Origin: a virus
Length of the DNA: 34,962 nucleotides
Virus record (IMG/VR): IMGVR_UViG_3300012348_000038
Direction: 5' to 3' (one strand)
Shown here: positions 17,195-25,849 of the stretch, in pieces
Layout: every line of letters begins with the position of its first letter
Position numbering within the stretch: the stretch's first letter is position 1
The notes under the pieces: generated by a model
Seen by the model: only the letters and a program-made list of their open reading frames with translations
Database searches by the model: none
What the model was told of the DNA's origin: nothing
Program-made: the position numbers and the translations under genes

Positions 17195-17703
17195 AAACAT
17201 TAGAACAACTTTACGGTGAAGAATACGATGCACATTTGTATGCAGACATATTGCCAATTGAAACTCCAGTTGAGCGAGTGCTTGCTGAGAATAAACCAAC
17301 AATACAAAACATGCCACAAAGTGCTTATGAGCGTGGGTTAGAATTAGCAGGCATAGATATTGAGCAAGCCGCTAAGTTCTTAGAAAGTTTAGGCTCTGTA
17401 AATATTGGTGGCATTGACTTTACATTACGTGACTTAATGCCAGTAGACAAAGGCACATCAGAGGCATTGAAGACTGCTGGTAGTGGCATGCCTGTTACTG
17501 TAGGAAGTGGATTGCAAACTAGACTGAAACCTGAGTTTGGTAAAGCTGGCGCAGAGTTATCTTTGTTAGGCCCTGCTGGGAAACTAATAGAGAAAGGCGT
17601 AACTAAAACTGCTAAGACTGCAATGAAAAATAAAGCTAAACTGGCTACTGGAACTGCTACAATATCGGCATCAGAAGCGTCAAACCAAAAGGCTAAAGAA
17701 TGA
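17191..17703 (+). CDS. Hypothetical virion-module protein (170 aa)
   Basis: ORF-track ORF with coupled overlaps on both sides. Confidence 0.5.
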   Translation: MKTLEQLYGEEYDAHLYADILPIETPVERVLAENKPTIQNMPQSAYERGLELAGIDIEQAAKFLESLGSVNIGGIDFTLRDLMPVDKGTSEALKTAGSGMPVTVGSGLQTRLKPEFGKAGAELSLLGPAGKLIEKGVTKTAKTAMKNKAKLATGTATISASEASNQKAKE

Positions 17704-20699
17704 TTAATCAAAACATTAATTCTAAGATTGACGAACTAACTGGCGATATTCCAGCTATGGATGAGTCATTGCCATTATCTGAAGCTGATTCAGTATTTAC
17801 TGGCGAGACAGAGCAAGTTGCAGGTCTTGGCGCTATTGGTAAAAAGATAATAGAAAAAGCTACAAGTGGAGCTATAAAGAAAACAATTGGCCGTGAAATA
17901 AAGCCAGCAGTAATTGTTGAAAAGATTAAACCTGCTGGTGAGCAAGTAAAAGAAATGGCTATTGGCGCAGAGAAGTCTGGTCTTGGCACTAAGACTGAAG
18001 CTACTAAAGCAGGAAAGATACAGCAAAAGATTAATGAGGAGCCACAAGTAACTGTAGAACAATTACAGGAAACTATTGACTCTGCTACCCCAGTCCTTGA
18101 AAAGCAAAATGCCAATGTGCAGAAGTTAGAAGAAGACGCGGCTAATGGCGTTGCTGGTGCTCAAGAAGAATTGGCTCAAGCTAAAGCAGAATTAAACACA
18201 GTTAAACAACAATTCAATCTGCCAGTGCTATCACAAGATATAGACTTGCAATCTGTTGTTAAGTCGATTGCCGAAACAAGCAACATTAAAACAGAGAACA
18301 TTACGTTTGAGGATGTAGTTGCTTCAGCTAAATCAGCAGGCATGGATGATACGTTTATTAGCAAGTTGACAGAAGGAACGCTAACTGTCAATCCTAAAAA
18401 TACTTACATGGCTTTAGAGGCTCAGAAGTCTAGTGCAATTCATTTGCAAGAGTTAATGAGGCGTTTTAAAGATAATCCAGAAAGCATTACTCCTGCCGAT
18501 GAGCTTGAGGCAATGCAAACGATTTCATTCCATAGCTTAATTCAACGCAGTGTAAAAGGCTATCAAACAAACGTAGCACAATCTCTTGCTGTTATGAGAA
18601 TACCGCGTGAAGGCTTTGTAAATCTTGAAGAAGCTACAAGTGGCTTAATGTCTAGTTCTGACTTGCGTAAATTTGCTGATGCGTTCTTGAGTGAAGCTGA
18701 TGCCGCTAAACGTGCTAAGTTAATTGACGCTACTGCGATTGGTGGATGGAAAGACAAAGCGTTCTCTGTGTTTGTTAATAACATCTTATCTCGCCCAGCA
18801 ACGCACGTTAAGAACGCCATAAGCAACACAATTATGATGCCAATACGTTTGGCTGAAAAGGCTGGTGCTGCTGGTGTAGGCGCTGGTAGGAAAGCAATGG
18901 GCTTAGGCGCTGATGAGCAGTATTACTTTTCAGAAGTGTTCTCTAGTTTGTCAGCAACTAACCAAGCAATTAAAGATGGTTTTAACATGGCTAAGTTTGC
19001 AGCCAAAGAAGGTTACTCATCTACGATGGATGATGCCAACAAGATTGGTATCGCTAAAGCTAGGACTGAGATATTTGATTACAACGCTGACAGTCCATTA
19101 GCAGGCTTCTTAAAAGGCGTGAACTTTGTAGCTACATTGCCTGGTCGTTCTTTATTGACGGCTGATGAGTTCTTTAAAGGCGTGAACTATCGCTTTGAAA
19201 TGGAAGCAATGGCAACTCGTAATGGCATTAAAGCCTACGATGATGCTGTTAAGGCTGGCTCTAAGTCTGCTGACGCTGAAGCAATATACGACAAAGCAGT
19301 GCAAAATGTTTACGACAATCCACCAGATGAGTTAAATGTTTTAGCGCAAGAGGCTACATTCACTAAGCCATTAGAAGGCTGGGCTAAGAAAGCTCAAGAG
19401 TTAATTAGTGATGACTCAGCTATGGGCTTCTTGGCTAGATTGCAAATACCATTTGTTACTACTCCAGTAAACTTAAACTTGCAAGTGTTAGAGCGCACAC
19501 CTCTAGCCGTCTTGGGCAAAAAGATTAGAGCAGACATTGCTAAAGGTGGCAAAGAAGGCGACATGGCTTTAGCCAAAATAGGCATGGGCACTGGTGCAGG
19601 TATGATGATGGCTGGCTATGCTTCAGAAGGCAAGATTACTGGCGCTGGCCCGGCAGATAAAGGTCAACGTGATGCTTTAATGCGTCAAGGATGGCAACCA
19701 TATAGTTTGGTGTTTGACTTCTCAGACATGACAGAATCACAAAAAGGTGAGTTTGCTAAATTGCCTGTAGACGTTCGTTATGGCTCTGGTGATTATGCTG
19801 GTAAGGTTTATGTGTCCTATCAAGGCATGGAGCCTATTGGCGCATTTATGGCTATGTCTGCAAACTACAATGAATACGTTAAGTATGAAAATGACAATAG
19901 CAAAATCAATGCAATGAGAGCTGGTCTTGCTTATGGCTTCTATGATTACATGATGCAAAGCCCATTCCTACAAGGCTTAAGCAATATCTCATCATCACTC
20001 GGCATGTCTTATCGCTCTAACCAAGATGACGCTGTTAAGTTGATGGACACACTTGGTCAATCATTAGTAAACTTTGCTGGTAGAACAGTTATTCCATTAA
20101 GCGGATTAGTTACTTCCGTTCGAGAGAAAGTTGACCCATATCAACGCGAATACAAAATAGACCCTAATGCAGAAAGCAGTTTGCCTACTGGCATTAGACA
20201 AGGGATTAACGATGTATTAAATACAGTGCCAGGCTTAAGCGATACATTGCCGCTAAAACTAAACTTATGGGGTGAGCCTACTGAGTATGAATATGCTTGG
20301 GCACCAATACGAATGAAAGAAGGTAAGCAACGTGAATCTGACCAAGTAATCATTCAGACTGGCGCTAAAGTAAAAATGCCAGCAAGGAATTTAACTGAGT
20401 CTGTTGAAAAAGGGTTAAGCGTTACCGTTGACTTAAATCCAAATGAATACAACGAAATGCTGTTAATTGCTAACGACCCAGCCGGGTTAAACTTGCAAGA
20501 CGGCCTTGTTGGTTTTGCTGAAGAAATTAAAGACTTGCCACTATATAGACAGCAGTCAATGATAAACGATTATATTCAAGAAACATTTTCTAAAGCAAGA
20601 AAAATGTTATATACTGACTCGCAATATTCTCAAGACATACAAGCAAGAATTCAAGAACGCGCAGATATAATTAGAGACGTAGGACAAGGGGCTAAATAG
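17700..20699 (+). CDS. Large internal virion / DNA-ejection protein
   Basis: 999 aa and the largest gene. Lies in the T7 gp16-equivalent position, before the tail fibres. Confidence 0.6.
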   Translation: MINQNINSKIDELTGDIPAMDESLPLSEADSVFTGETEQVAGLGAIGKKIIEKATSGAIKKTIGREIKPAVIVEKIKPAGEQVKEMAIGAEKSGLGTKTEATKAGKIQQKINEEPQVTVEQLQETIDSATPVLEKQNANVQKLEEDAANGVAGAQEELAQAKAELNTVKQQFNLPVLSQDIDLQSVVKSIAETSNIKTENITFEDVVASAKSAGMDDTFISKLTEGTLTVNPKNTYMALEAQKSSAIHLQELMRRFKDNPESITPADELEAMQTISFHSLIQRSVKGYQTNVAQSLAVMRIPREGFVNLEEATSGLMSSSDLRKFADAFLSEADAAKRAKLIDATAIGGWKDKAFSVFVNNILSRPATHVKNAISNTIMMPIRLAEKAGAAGVGAGRKAMGLGADEQYYFSEVFSSLSATNQAIKDGFNMAKFAAKEGYSSTMDDANKIGIAKARTEIFDYNADSPLAGFLKGVNFVATLPGRSLLTADEFFKGVNYRFEMEAMATRNGIKAYDDAVKAGSKSADAEAIYDKAVQNVYDNPPDELNVLAQEATFTKPLEGWAKKAQELISDDSAMGFLARLQIPFVTTPVNLNLQVLERTPLAVLGKKIRADIAKGGKEGDMALAKIGMGTGAGMMMAGYASEGKITGAGPADKGQRDALMRQGWQPYSLVFDFSDMTESQKGEFAKLPVDVRYGSGDYAGKVYVSYQGMEPIGAFMAMSANYNEYVKYENDNSKINAMRAGLAYGFYDYMMQSPFLQGLSNISSSLGMSYRSNQDDAVKLMDTLGQSLVNFAGRTVIPLSGLVTSVREKVDPYQREYKIDPNAESSLPTGIRQGINDVLNTVPGLSDTLPLKLNLWGEPTEYEYAWAPIRMKEGKQRESDQVIIQTGAKVKMPARNLTESVEKGLSVTVDLNPNEYNEMLLIANDPAGLNLQDGLVGFAEEIKDLPLYRQQSMINDYIQETFSKARKMLYTDSQYSQDIQARIQERADIIRDVGQGAK

Positions 20700-20700
20700 T

Positions 20701-22263
20701 ATGGCAGATTATCCAATTAGCAACGTATCAAGGCGCATAGTCTATACTGGCTCGGCAGGCGTTGGCCCATACTCTTTCCCATTTGAAGTGCTTGAGCAAA
20801 CAGACATAAATGTTTACTTGAATGACACATTACTAGCTTTAACTTCAGACTACACAGTTTCTATTAGCTCAACATTTGGCACTGGCTCAATCACGTTAGT
20901 AGATACTCCAACATCTGCTGACGAGATTACCATTGTAGGCGCTAGAGCAATTGAGCGTACTACAGACTTTACTACTGGTGGTGACTTCTTTGCTAACACA
21001 TTGAATGATGAGATGGACTCACAAACCATCTTAGTTCAACAAGTAGCAGAAACAGCAGAGCGTTCATTACGCGCACCTGTAACAGACCCAACAAGCATCA
21101 ACATGACATTGCCTAGGGCTGCTGATAGGGCTGGAAAGTTCTTAGCATTTGATGCTAACGGCAATCCTGTACCAGGCTCTACTCCAACTGAGCTTGCAGA
21201 AGTGTTGGCCTTGTCTGACGAGATTGAATTAATTGCATCGATTGCAGATGACATTATTGCAGTCAATGATGAACTAGAAGCTATTGTTGCCGTGAATACT
21301 AACTCAGCAAACGTTAATGAAGTTGCTGCTGGCATGGAATATGTGCAGACAGTTGGCTCTGACTTAGGTGGTTCTGGCTTCTTATACGACTTAGGCAGTA
21401 TTACTGATGCTGACACAGGTCAAGTTGCAACTCCAGATGGTTATATTGTTGGTGTATACAATGCGTTAGATGACATTGCTGCCGTAGACGCCATTGCTGC
21501 TGACTTAGCTACTGTTGCAGATATTGCACCAAATGTTACTACTGTTGCAGGCGTGGCATCAAATGTCACCACTGTTGCTGGCATAAGTTCTAATGTGACC
21601 ACTGTTGCTGGCATATCAGCTAATGTTACTACCGTTGCAGGTATATCAGGCAATGTAACATCTGTTGCTACCAATGCGACCAACATTAATACTGTTGCTA
21701 CCAATTCAACTAACATTAATACTGTTGCTGGCATTAGCTCCAATGTTACTACTGTTGCTGGTGTAAGCTCTAACGTTACAACTGTTGCAGGTATTAGTTC
21801 TGCTGTTACTACTGTTGCAGGAGATTCAGCAGATATTCAATTATTGGCTGACAACATTGGTACTATATCTTCAAAAGCAAATGCTGGCGCTAACTCAGAC
21901 ATCACTTCTCTAACTGGCTTGACTACTCCATTGTCTGTATCACGAGGTGGTACTGGCGCAACTACAGCAACAACTGCTAGGAGCAATATACTTCCAACCT
22001 ACACTGGCAATGCAACGAAGGTGCTTGCTGTCAATGCAGGGGCAACTGATGTTGAGTATATTACTATTGCTGCTGGTGGAGTGACTGATGGCGACAAAGG
22101 TGACATTACCGTTTCGTCATCCGGAACTGTTTGGAGTCTTGACGATAACGCAGTAACGACAAATAAGATTAACAATAGCGCAGTAACAACTGACAAGATT
22201 AACAATAGCGCAGTAACGGCAGATAAACTTGCTGCAACACTTGACTTAGGGAGCATAGCATAA
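20701..22263 (+). CDS. Tail fibre protein 1
   Basis: The N-terminal YSFPFEVLEQTDINVYLND...DYTV resembles T7 gp17-type fibre N-domains. Also has decapeptide repeats, an LSVSRGGTGATTA motif and AVTxxKI repeats. Confidence 0.8.
   Translation: MADYPISNVSRRIVYTGSAGVGPYSFPFEVLEQTDINVYLNDTLLALTSDYTVSISSTFGTGSITLVDTPTSADEITIVGARAIERTTDFTTGGDFFANTLNDEMDSQTILVQQVAETAERSLRAPVTDPTSINMTLPRAADRAGKFLAFDANGNPVPGSTPTELAEVLALSDEIELIASIADDIIAVNDELEAIVAVNTNSANVNEVAAGMEYVQTVGSDLGGSGFLYDLGSITDADTGQVATPDGYIVGVYNALDDIAAVDAIAADLATVADIAPNVTTVAGVASNVTTVAGISSNVTTVAGISANVTTVAGISGNVTSVATNATNINTVATNSTNINTVAGISSNVTTVAGVSSNVTTVAGISSAVTTVAGDSADIQLLADNIGTISSKANAGANSDITSLTGLTTPLSVSRGGTGATTATTARSNILPTYTGNATKVLAVNAGATDVEYITIAAGGVTDGDKGDITVSSSGTVWSLDDNAVTTNKINNSAVTTDKINNSAVTADKLAATLDLGSIA
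21532..21831 (+). repeat. Ten tandem 30-bp units encoding NVTTVAG(I/V)S(S/A/G)-type decapeptides
   Basis: Unit starts follow a 30-nt register from 21532 (checked directly at 21532 and 21562). Two central units diverge to N(A/I)T/NTVATN. Confidence 0.9.
22144..22233 (+). repeat. Three tandem 30-bp units (DNAVTTNKIN / NSAVTTDKIN / NSAVTADKLA)
   Basis: Near-identical 30-mers seen at the 3' end of fibre gene 1. Confidence 0.8.
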
Positions 22264-23486
22264 TGGCTACGGCATTAAAACTTAGACGCGGCACTACCAC
22301 ACAGCACGCTACATTTACTGGTGCAGAAGGGGAGATAACCGTAGATACCACAAAAGATACTGCTGTTGTCCATGATGGCACTACTGCTGGCGGTTTTCCA
22401 CTTGTAACTGAGACTGGCACTCAGACGCTTACCAATAAAACTTTAGCATCTCCAGTTATTACAGGTGCGTCTATATTACCTGCTGGTTCTGCTAGCGCTC
22501 CTGCTATAACAACAACTGGTGACACCAACACAGGTATATTCTTTCCTGCCGCTGATACCATAGCCTTCTCTGAAGGTGGTACTGAGGCAATGCGGATTGA
22601 CGCATCAGGCAACCTAGGTGTAGGTGTAACTCCTAGTGCTTGGGGTAGTGGTGTAAAAGCACTTCAAGTAAACGCTGGCGCAGGTATCATGGGTGACGCT
22701 AACAATTATTATGTTCTTGCTAACTCTTATTATGATGGCACTAACTTTAAATATATAAATTCTAGCTTTGCTCTTAATCATAGAATGGCTGGTGGAGTAT
22801 ATTCGTGGTACACAGCCCCATCAGGTACGGCTGGAGCTACAGTTCCGTTTACCGAAAGAATGACACTAAATGCTAGTGGGAACTTGGGTCTTGGTTGTAC
22901 TCCTAGTCCGGTAACGCTTGGAAAGGTTATTGAGGTTGGCAGTACAGCAAACGGTCTTTGGAACGCTTCTACTGCAGATACAAGGCTAATGACTAATGTT
23001 TATTATGATAGTGGAACATTAAGATATGGCTCTACTAATGTAGCATCAATGATGGAAACTGGCTCAGGATTTGTTTGGAGGATAGCCCCATCAGGTACGG
23101 CAGGCAATCCAATAACCTTTACCGAAGCAATGTCAGTAGATACTTCAAGTAACCTTAAATTTAACTCTGGCTACGGTTCAGCAGCAACAGCTTACGGATG
23201 TCGTGCTTGGGTAAACTTTAACGGTACAGGCACAGTAGCTATTCGTGCTAGTGGTAACGTGTCTAGTATTACTGATTTAGGAGTAGGTAGCTATACTGTG
23301 AATTTTACTAATGCTATGCCTGATGTAAATTATTGTGTTAGTGGTAGCGCAAGTGCAGCCATTGCTAATCTTATTATGTCGCCATTCTCTGCTGCAACTA
23401 TGCTTACAACATCAGTACGAGTGTACATATCAAACACATCGGCAGGTGGTGATAATGCTGTTGTATCAGTTGCAATTCACAGATAA
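22263..23486 (+). CDS. Tail fibre / receptor-binding protein 2
   Basis: N-terminal KLRRGTTTQHATFTGAEGEITVDTTKDTAVVHDGTTAGG is a fibre N-terminal motif also seen in Mtd-type proteins. Three internal FTExM...ASGNLG repeats. C-terminal AWVNFNGTGTVAIRASGNVSSITD domain. Confidence 0.8.
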   Translation: MATALKLRRGTTTQHATFTGAEGEITVDTTKDTAVVHDGTTAGGFPLVTETGTQTLTNKTLASPVITGASILPAGSASAPAITTTGDTNTGIFFPAADTIAFSEGGTEAMRIDASGNLGVGVTPSAWGSGVKALQVNAGAGIMGDANNYYVLANSYYDGTNFKYINSSFALNHRMAGGVYSWYTAPSGTAGATVPFTERMTLNASGNLGLGCTPSPVTLGKVIEVGSTANGLWNASTADTRLMTNVYYDSGTLRYGSTNVASMMETGSGFVWRIAPSGTAGNPITFTEAMSVDTSSNLKFNSGYGSAATAYGCRAWVNFNGTGTVAIRASGNVSSITDLGVGSYTVNFTNAMPDVNYCVSGSASAAIANLIMSPFSAATMLTTSVRVYISNTSAGGDNAVVSVAIHR

Positions 23487-23495
23487 GGAAAAATT

Positions 23496-23690
23496 ATGAA
23501 AAGAATAATATATAAAACAGTAGAAGGTGGAGTAGCAATTATAATACCTACTGACGAGTGGTTAGAAACACATACAATTGAAGAACTAGCAGAGAAAGAT
23601 GTACCTGCTGGCGCTGAGTTTAAAATTGTAGATGTATCAGATATTCCAGAAGACAGAACATTTCGTAACGCATGGGAATTTACAGCATGA
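23496..23690 (+). CDS. Conserved small phage protein (64 aa; ...DVPAGAEFKIVDVSDIPEDRTFRNAW)
   Basis: Good SD. The motif recurs downstream of fibre genes in other phages. Possible fibre chaperone. Confidence 0.55.
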   Translation: MKRIIYKTVEGGVAIIIPTDEWLETHTIEELAEKDVPAGAEFKIVDVSDIPEDRTFRNAWEFTA

Positions 23691-23908
23691 TTACTATTAA
23701 CCTTAATAAAGCAAAACAAATAACTAAAGAACGATTACGTGCAGAGCGTGAGCCTTTGTTACAAGCTCAAGATGTAGCGTTTCAACGTGCCTTTGAATCA
23801 GGGGCAGACACATCAGCTATCGTGGCAGAGAAACAGCGCTTGCGTGACATTACTAAGTTTGTAGATATTTCAAAAACATTGGAAGACTTAAAAGAGCTAA
23901 AGGTTTAA
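23687..23908 (+). CDS. Small helical protein (73 aa)
   Basis: I prefer the ATG at 23687 (ATGA coupling with the upstream stop) over the track start at 23672. Confidence 0.5.
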   Translation: MITINLNKAKQITKERLRAEREPLLQAQDVAFQRAFESGADTSAIVAEKQRLRDITKFVDISKTLEDLKELKV

Positions 23909-23912
23909 AAAA

Positions 23913-24488
23913 ATGTCAGAGATTGATGGAACTGAAGCAAGGCTTAATTCACACGAAGCTGTTTGTGCTGTGCGATATGAGGCCATTAACGCAAGACTGG
24001 CTAGGCTTGAAAGAATACTATTAGGTGTAGCTGGATTCCTTATTGTATTTTTAATGTCGCAGAACTATGCTCATGCAGACGAGACTACCATTAACTATAA
24101 GGGGCAACCAGTACCATCGGCTATGGCTCCATCGATGTCAGCATTTAGTCAAGATGTATGTAGCATTGGTATCAGTGGTGCTGTCAATGGCGGTATATTC
24201 TCTGTTGCTGGTGGTACAATGGTCACAGATAACAACTGCGTTAAACTTCGTTGGGCTAAGTTCCTAAGTGACAGTGGCCTCAAGGTAGCGGCAGTATCAT
24301 TATCTTGTGCGGCTAACCATGACAACTGGGTGGCAATGGAAATGAGTGGTAGCCCATGTCCTATAGGTGGCGCTATTGGTGATGCAGCAAGAAAGGCATG
24401 GTATGACTTACATCCAAACTGGTTTGAGGAAATTTACGGTAAAGACTTCGTTCTTATCACTCCTCTGCCTGACACTTCTAAGGAGTAA
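23913..24488 (+). CDS. Envelope-targeted protein with an internal signal/anchor (LLGVAGFLIVFLMSQNYAHA-DE)
   Basis: A 35-aa cytoplasmic coiled N-terminus is followed by a hydrophobic segment with an AHA motif and a Cys-containing extracytoplasmic domain. Confidence 0.6.
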   Translation: MSEIDGTEARLNSHEAVCAVRYEAINARLARLERILLGVAGFLIVFLMSQNYAHADETTINYKGQPVPSAMAPSMSAFSQDVCSIGISGAVNGGIFSVAGGTMVTDNNCVKLRWAKFLSDSGLKVAAVSLSCAANHDNWVAMEMSGSPCPIGGAIGDAARKAWYDLHPNWFEEIYGKDFVLITPLPDTSKE

Positions 24489-25521
24489 TTATGTTGAAGC
24501 ATATTGTTACGCAGGTCAGTGGGCAAGTTACGGCCCTGTTTACTCAAGCCTTGGCGTCGCTCAAGGCACTACTATGGAGTCTTGTCAACAGCTTGCGTGT
24601 CAGCTTTATCCGGGCATACCAGAATGTGGTCAACCTGTTCAACCCGCTTGTACAGACATTGTTGAAAATCAAAGCCTTGCTTGTGAGCCTAATTACACAG
24701 GTGCAGTTAATCAAACAAGGACTAAAACTTGTAGTAACAACCAGTGGACAGATTGGGTCACAACTTCTAACAACTGTACGCCAAATCCCCCAAGCTGTAA
24801 TCCAAGCGTTCAAGAAAGACCAGTAGCATGTCAGCAGGGGTTTGTAGGTTCCATTACAGAACAGCAAACAACAACATGCCCAACGCCTTACAGTCCACCT
24901 ATAGTTTCACCTTGGATAGAAACATCAAACACATGTACAAAGAGTGCAACCAATCCAACCAACATGACGAGTCCGGTAAATCCTGCGAGTCCGTTAAGTG
25001 TACCTGCGACCCCGGAAGCAATGCCACCTGCACCTGCACCGGAGCCACCACCAGAGCCACCACCGATGGAAGCGCCACCACCAGACATACCAGCTTCCCC
25101 TGCTCCCACTGCAGAGACAACGACAGCACCGCCAGTGGCCTCGTCAGGAAACACAAGTACACCAGCATCCGCACCACCACCACCACCGCCAAGTGCGCCA
25201 CCGCCGCCGACTACATCGAACGCGAGTACGCCGACTACCTCTCAGCCACAAGTTCCAAAGGGCAAGGAGTTGGTGCCAGGGTTTGGGGTAGTGATGAGCC
25301 TAGAGATTTTAAACAAGCCAATGCAGATTCAGCAGATTCAATTGAACGACGCACTGGCATACCAGCAGGAGTTACCGTATGAGCTTAGAGGAAATCAAGG
25401 AGTCTTACTCCAACTTATCACCGAAGGCAATATTTCTGACGCTTTCAATAATCTTGCCAGCGATAGGTGGAACAGCCTACGTAGGTATAACGACTTACAA
25501 CCGAGTTATAGCGGCGACTGA
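24403..25521 (+). CDS. Secreted Cys-repeat plus polyproline protein
   Basis: The ATG at 24403 has GAAAGG 6 nt upstream. The predicted Sec signal is MTYIQTGLRKFTVKTSFLSLLCLTLLRSNYVEA-YC. There are two Cys modules (ACxxx[YF]xG...TxTC...W[VI]xTSNxCT), then a roughly 80-aa P/T/S-rich tract. Alternative starts are GTG 24367 and ATG 24382. Confidence 0.6.
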   Translation: MTYIQTGLRKFTVKTSFLSLLCLTLLRSNYVEAYCYAGQWASYGPVYSSLGVAQGTTMESCQQLACQLYPGIPECGQPVQPACTDIVENQSLACEPNYTGAVNQTRTKTCSNNQWTDWVTTSNNCTPNPPSCNPSVQERPVACQQGFVGSITEQQTTTCPTPYSPPIVSPWIETSNTCTKSATNPTNMTSPVNPASPLSVPATPEAMPPAPAPEPPPEPPPMEAPPPDIPASPAPTAETTTAPPVASSGNTSTPASAPPPPPPSAPPPPTTSNASTPTTSQPQVPKGKELVPGFGVVMSLEILNKPMQIQQIQLNDALAYQQELPYELRGNQGVLLQLITEGNISDAFNNLASDRWNSLRRYNDLQPSYSGD

Positions 25522-25849
25522 AGCGATTGAGGCAGCCAAGCCTTATGACGATGCAGAGTTACGAGCAGAAGTTAATGCGTTAAAGGTTCAACTGTCTGCA
25601 CAACAATCATCTGTCAACACAGTTAAAGACTCTATGGTTACTACATCTAACCAGCTAGTGTCTATGCAAGAGAAGGTATCTAATGCTATTGGCACAGCGA
25701 ATGAAGCAAAGGCTATTACTAACGGCAATGTGCGTGAGACATCAGCATCATTACTTGGTGTGCGTGAGGAAATGAAAGCTACTCGTGAAGGCATAGAGTC
25801 ACAACTTAAAGCACTTAAACGTGCTACATCTAACCCGTTAGGCTCTTAA
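25379..25849 (+). CDS. Type II membrane protein with a coiled-coil ectodomain (i-spanin-like)
   Basis: Strong SD (AGGAG, 7-nt spacing). N-terminal TM AIFLTLSIILPAIGGTAYVGITTY followed by heptad-like helices. 156 aa. Confidence 0.5.
   Translation: MSLEEIKESYSNLSPKAIFLTLSIILPAIGGTAYVGITTYNRVIAATEAIEAAKPYDDAELRAEVNALKVQLSAQQSSVNTVKDSMVTTSNQLVSMQEKVSNAIGTANEAKAITNGNVRETSASLLGVREEMKATREGIESQLKALKRATSNPLGS

Noticed and set aside
14957-18115. Several long antisense ORFs (103-135 aa) within the internal-virion-protein genes.
   Set aside because: Their Cys/Ser/Ala-rich nonsense-like composition is produced by the GCN/GAA-rich sense codons. They lie opposite well-supported long plus-strand genes.
22263-23486. 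Possible diversity-generating retroelement target, because the N-terminus resembles the Mtd-type fibre N-domain.
   Set aside because: The genome has no reverse transcriptase, no template repeat and no Avd-like gene. The C-terminal domain is a common AWVNFNGTG-type fibre tip, not a recognisable variable-repeat lectin fold.
24888-25154. Minus-strand 88-aa ORF encoding a Gly-rich peptide with a hydrophobic tail (GGGASIGGGSGGGSGAGAGG...GLVMLVGLVALFV), superficially like a Gly-rich bacteriocin or microcin.
   Set aside because: It is the reverse complement of the polyproline tract (CCN read as GGN) of a 372-aa plus-strand gene. That gene shows protein-level repeat conservation. The minus ORF has no SD and is most likely a mirror-image artefact.
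24828-25382. Plus-strand alternative-frame ORFs (184 aa and 97 aa) inside the Pro-rich region.
   Set aside because: They are low-complexity R/T/H-rich translations of the same GC-rich repeat DNA. The frame with the Cys-module conservation and the signal peptide is the credible one. They are kept only as part of the overlap finding.
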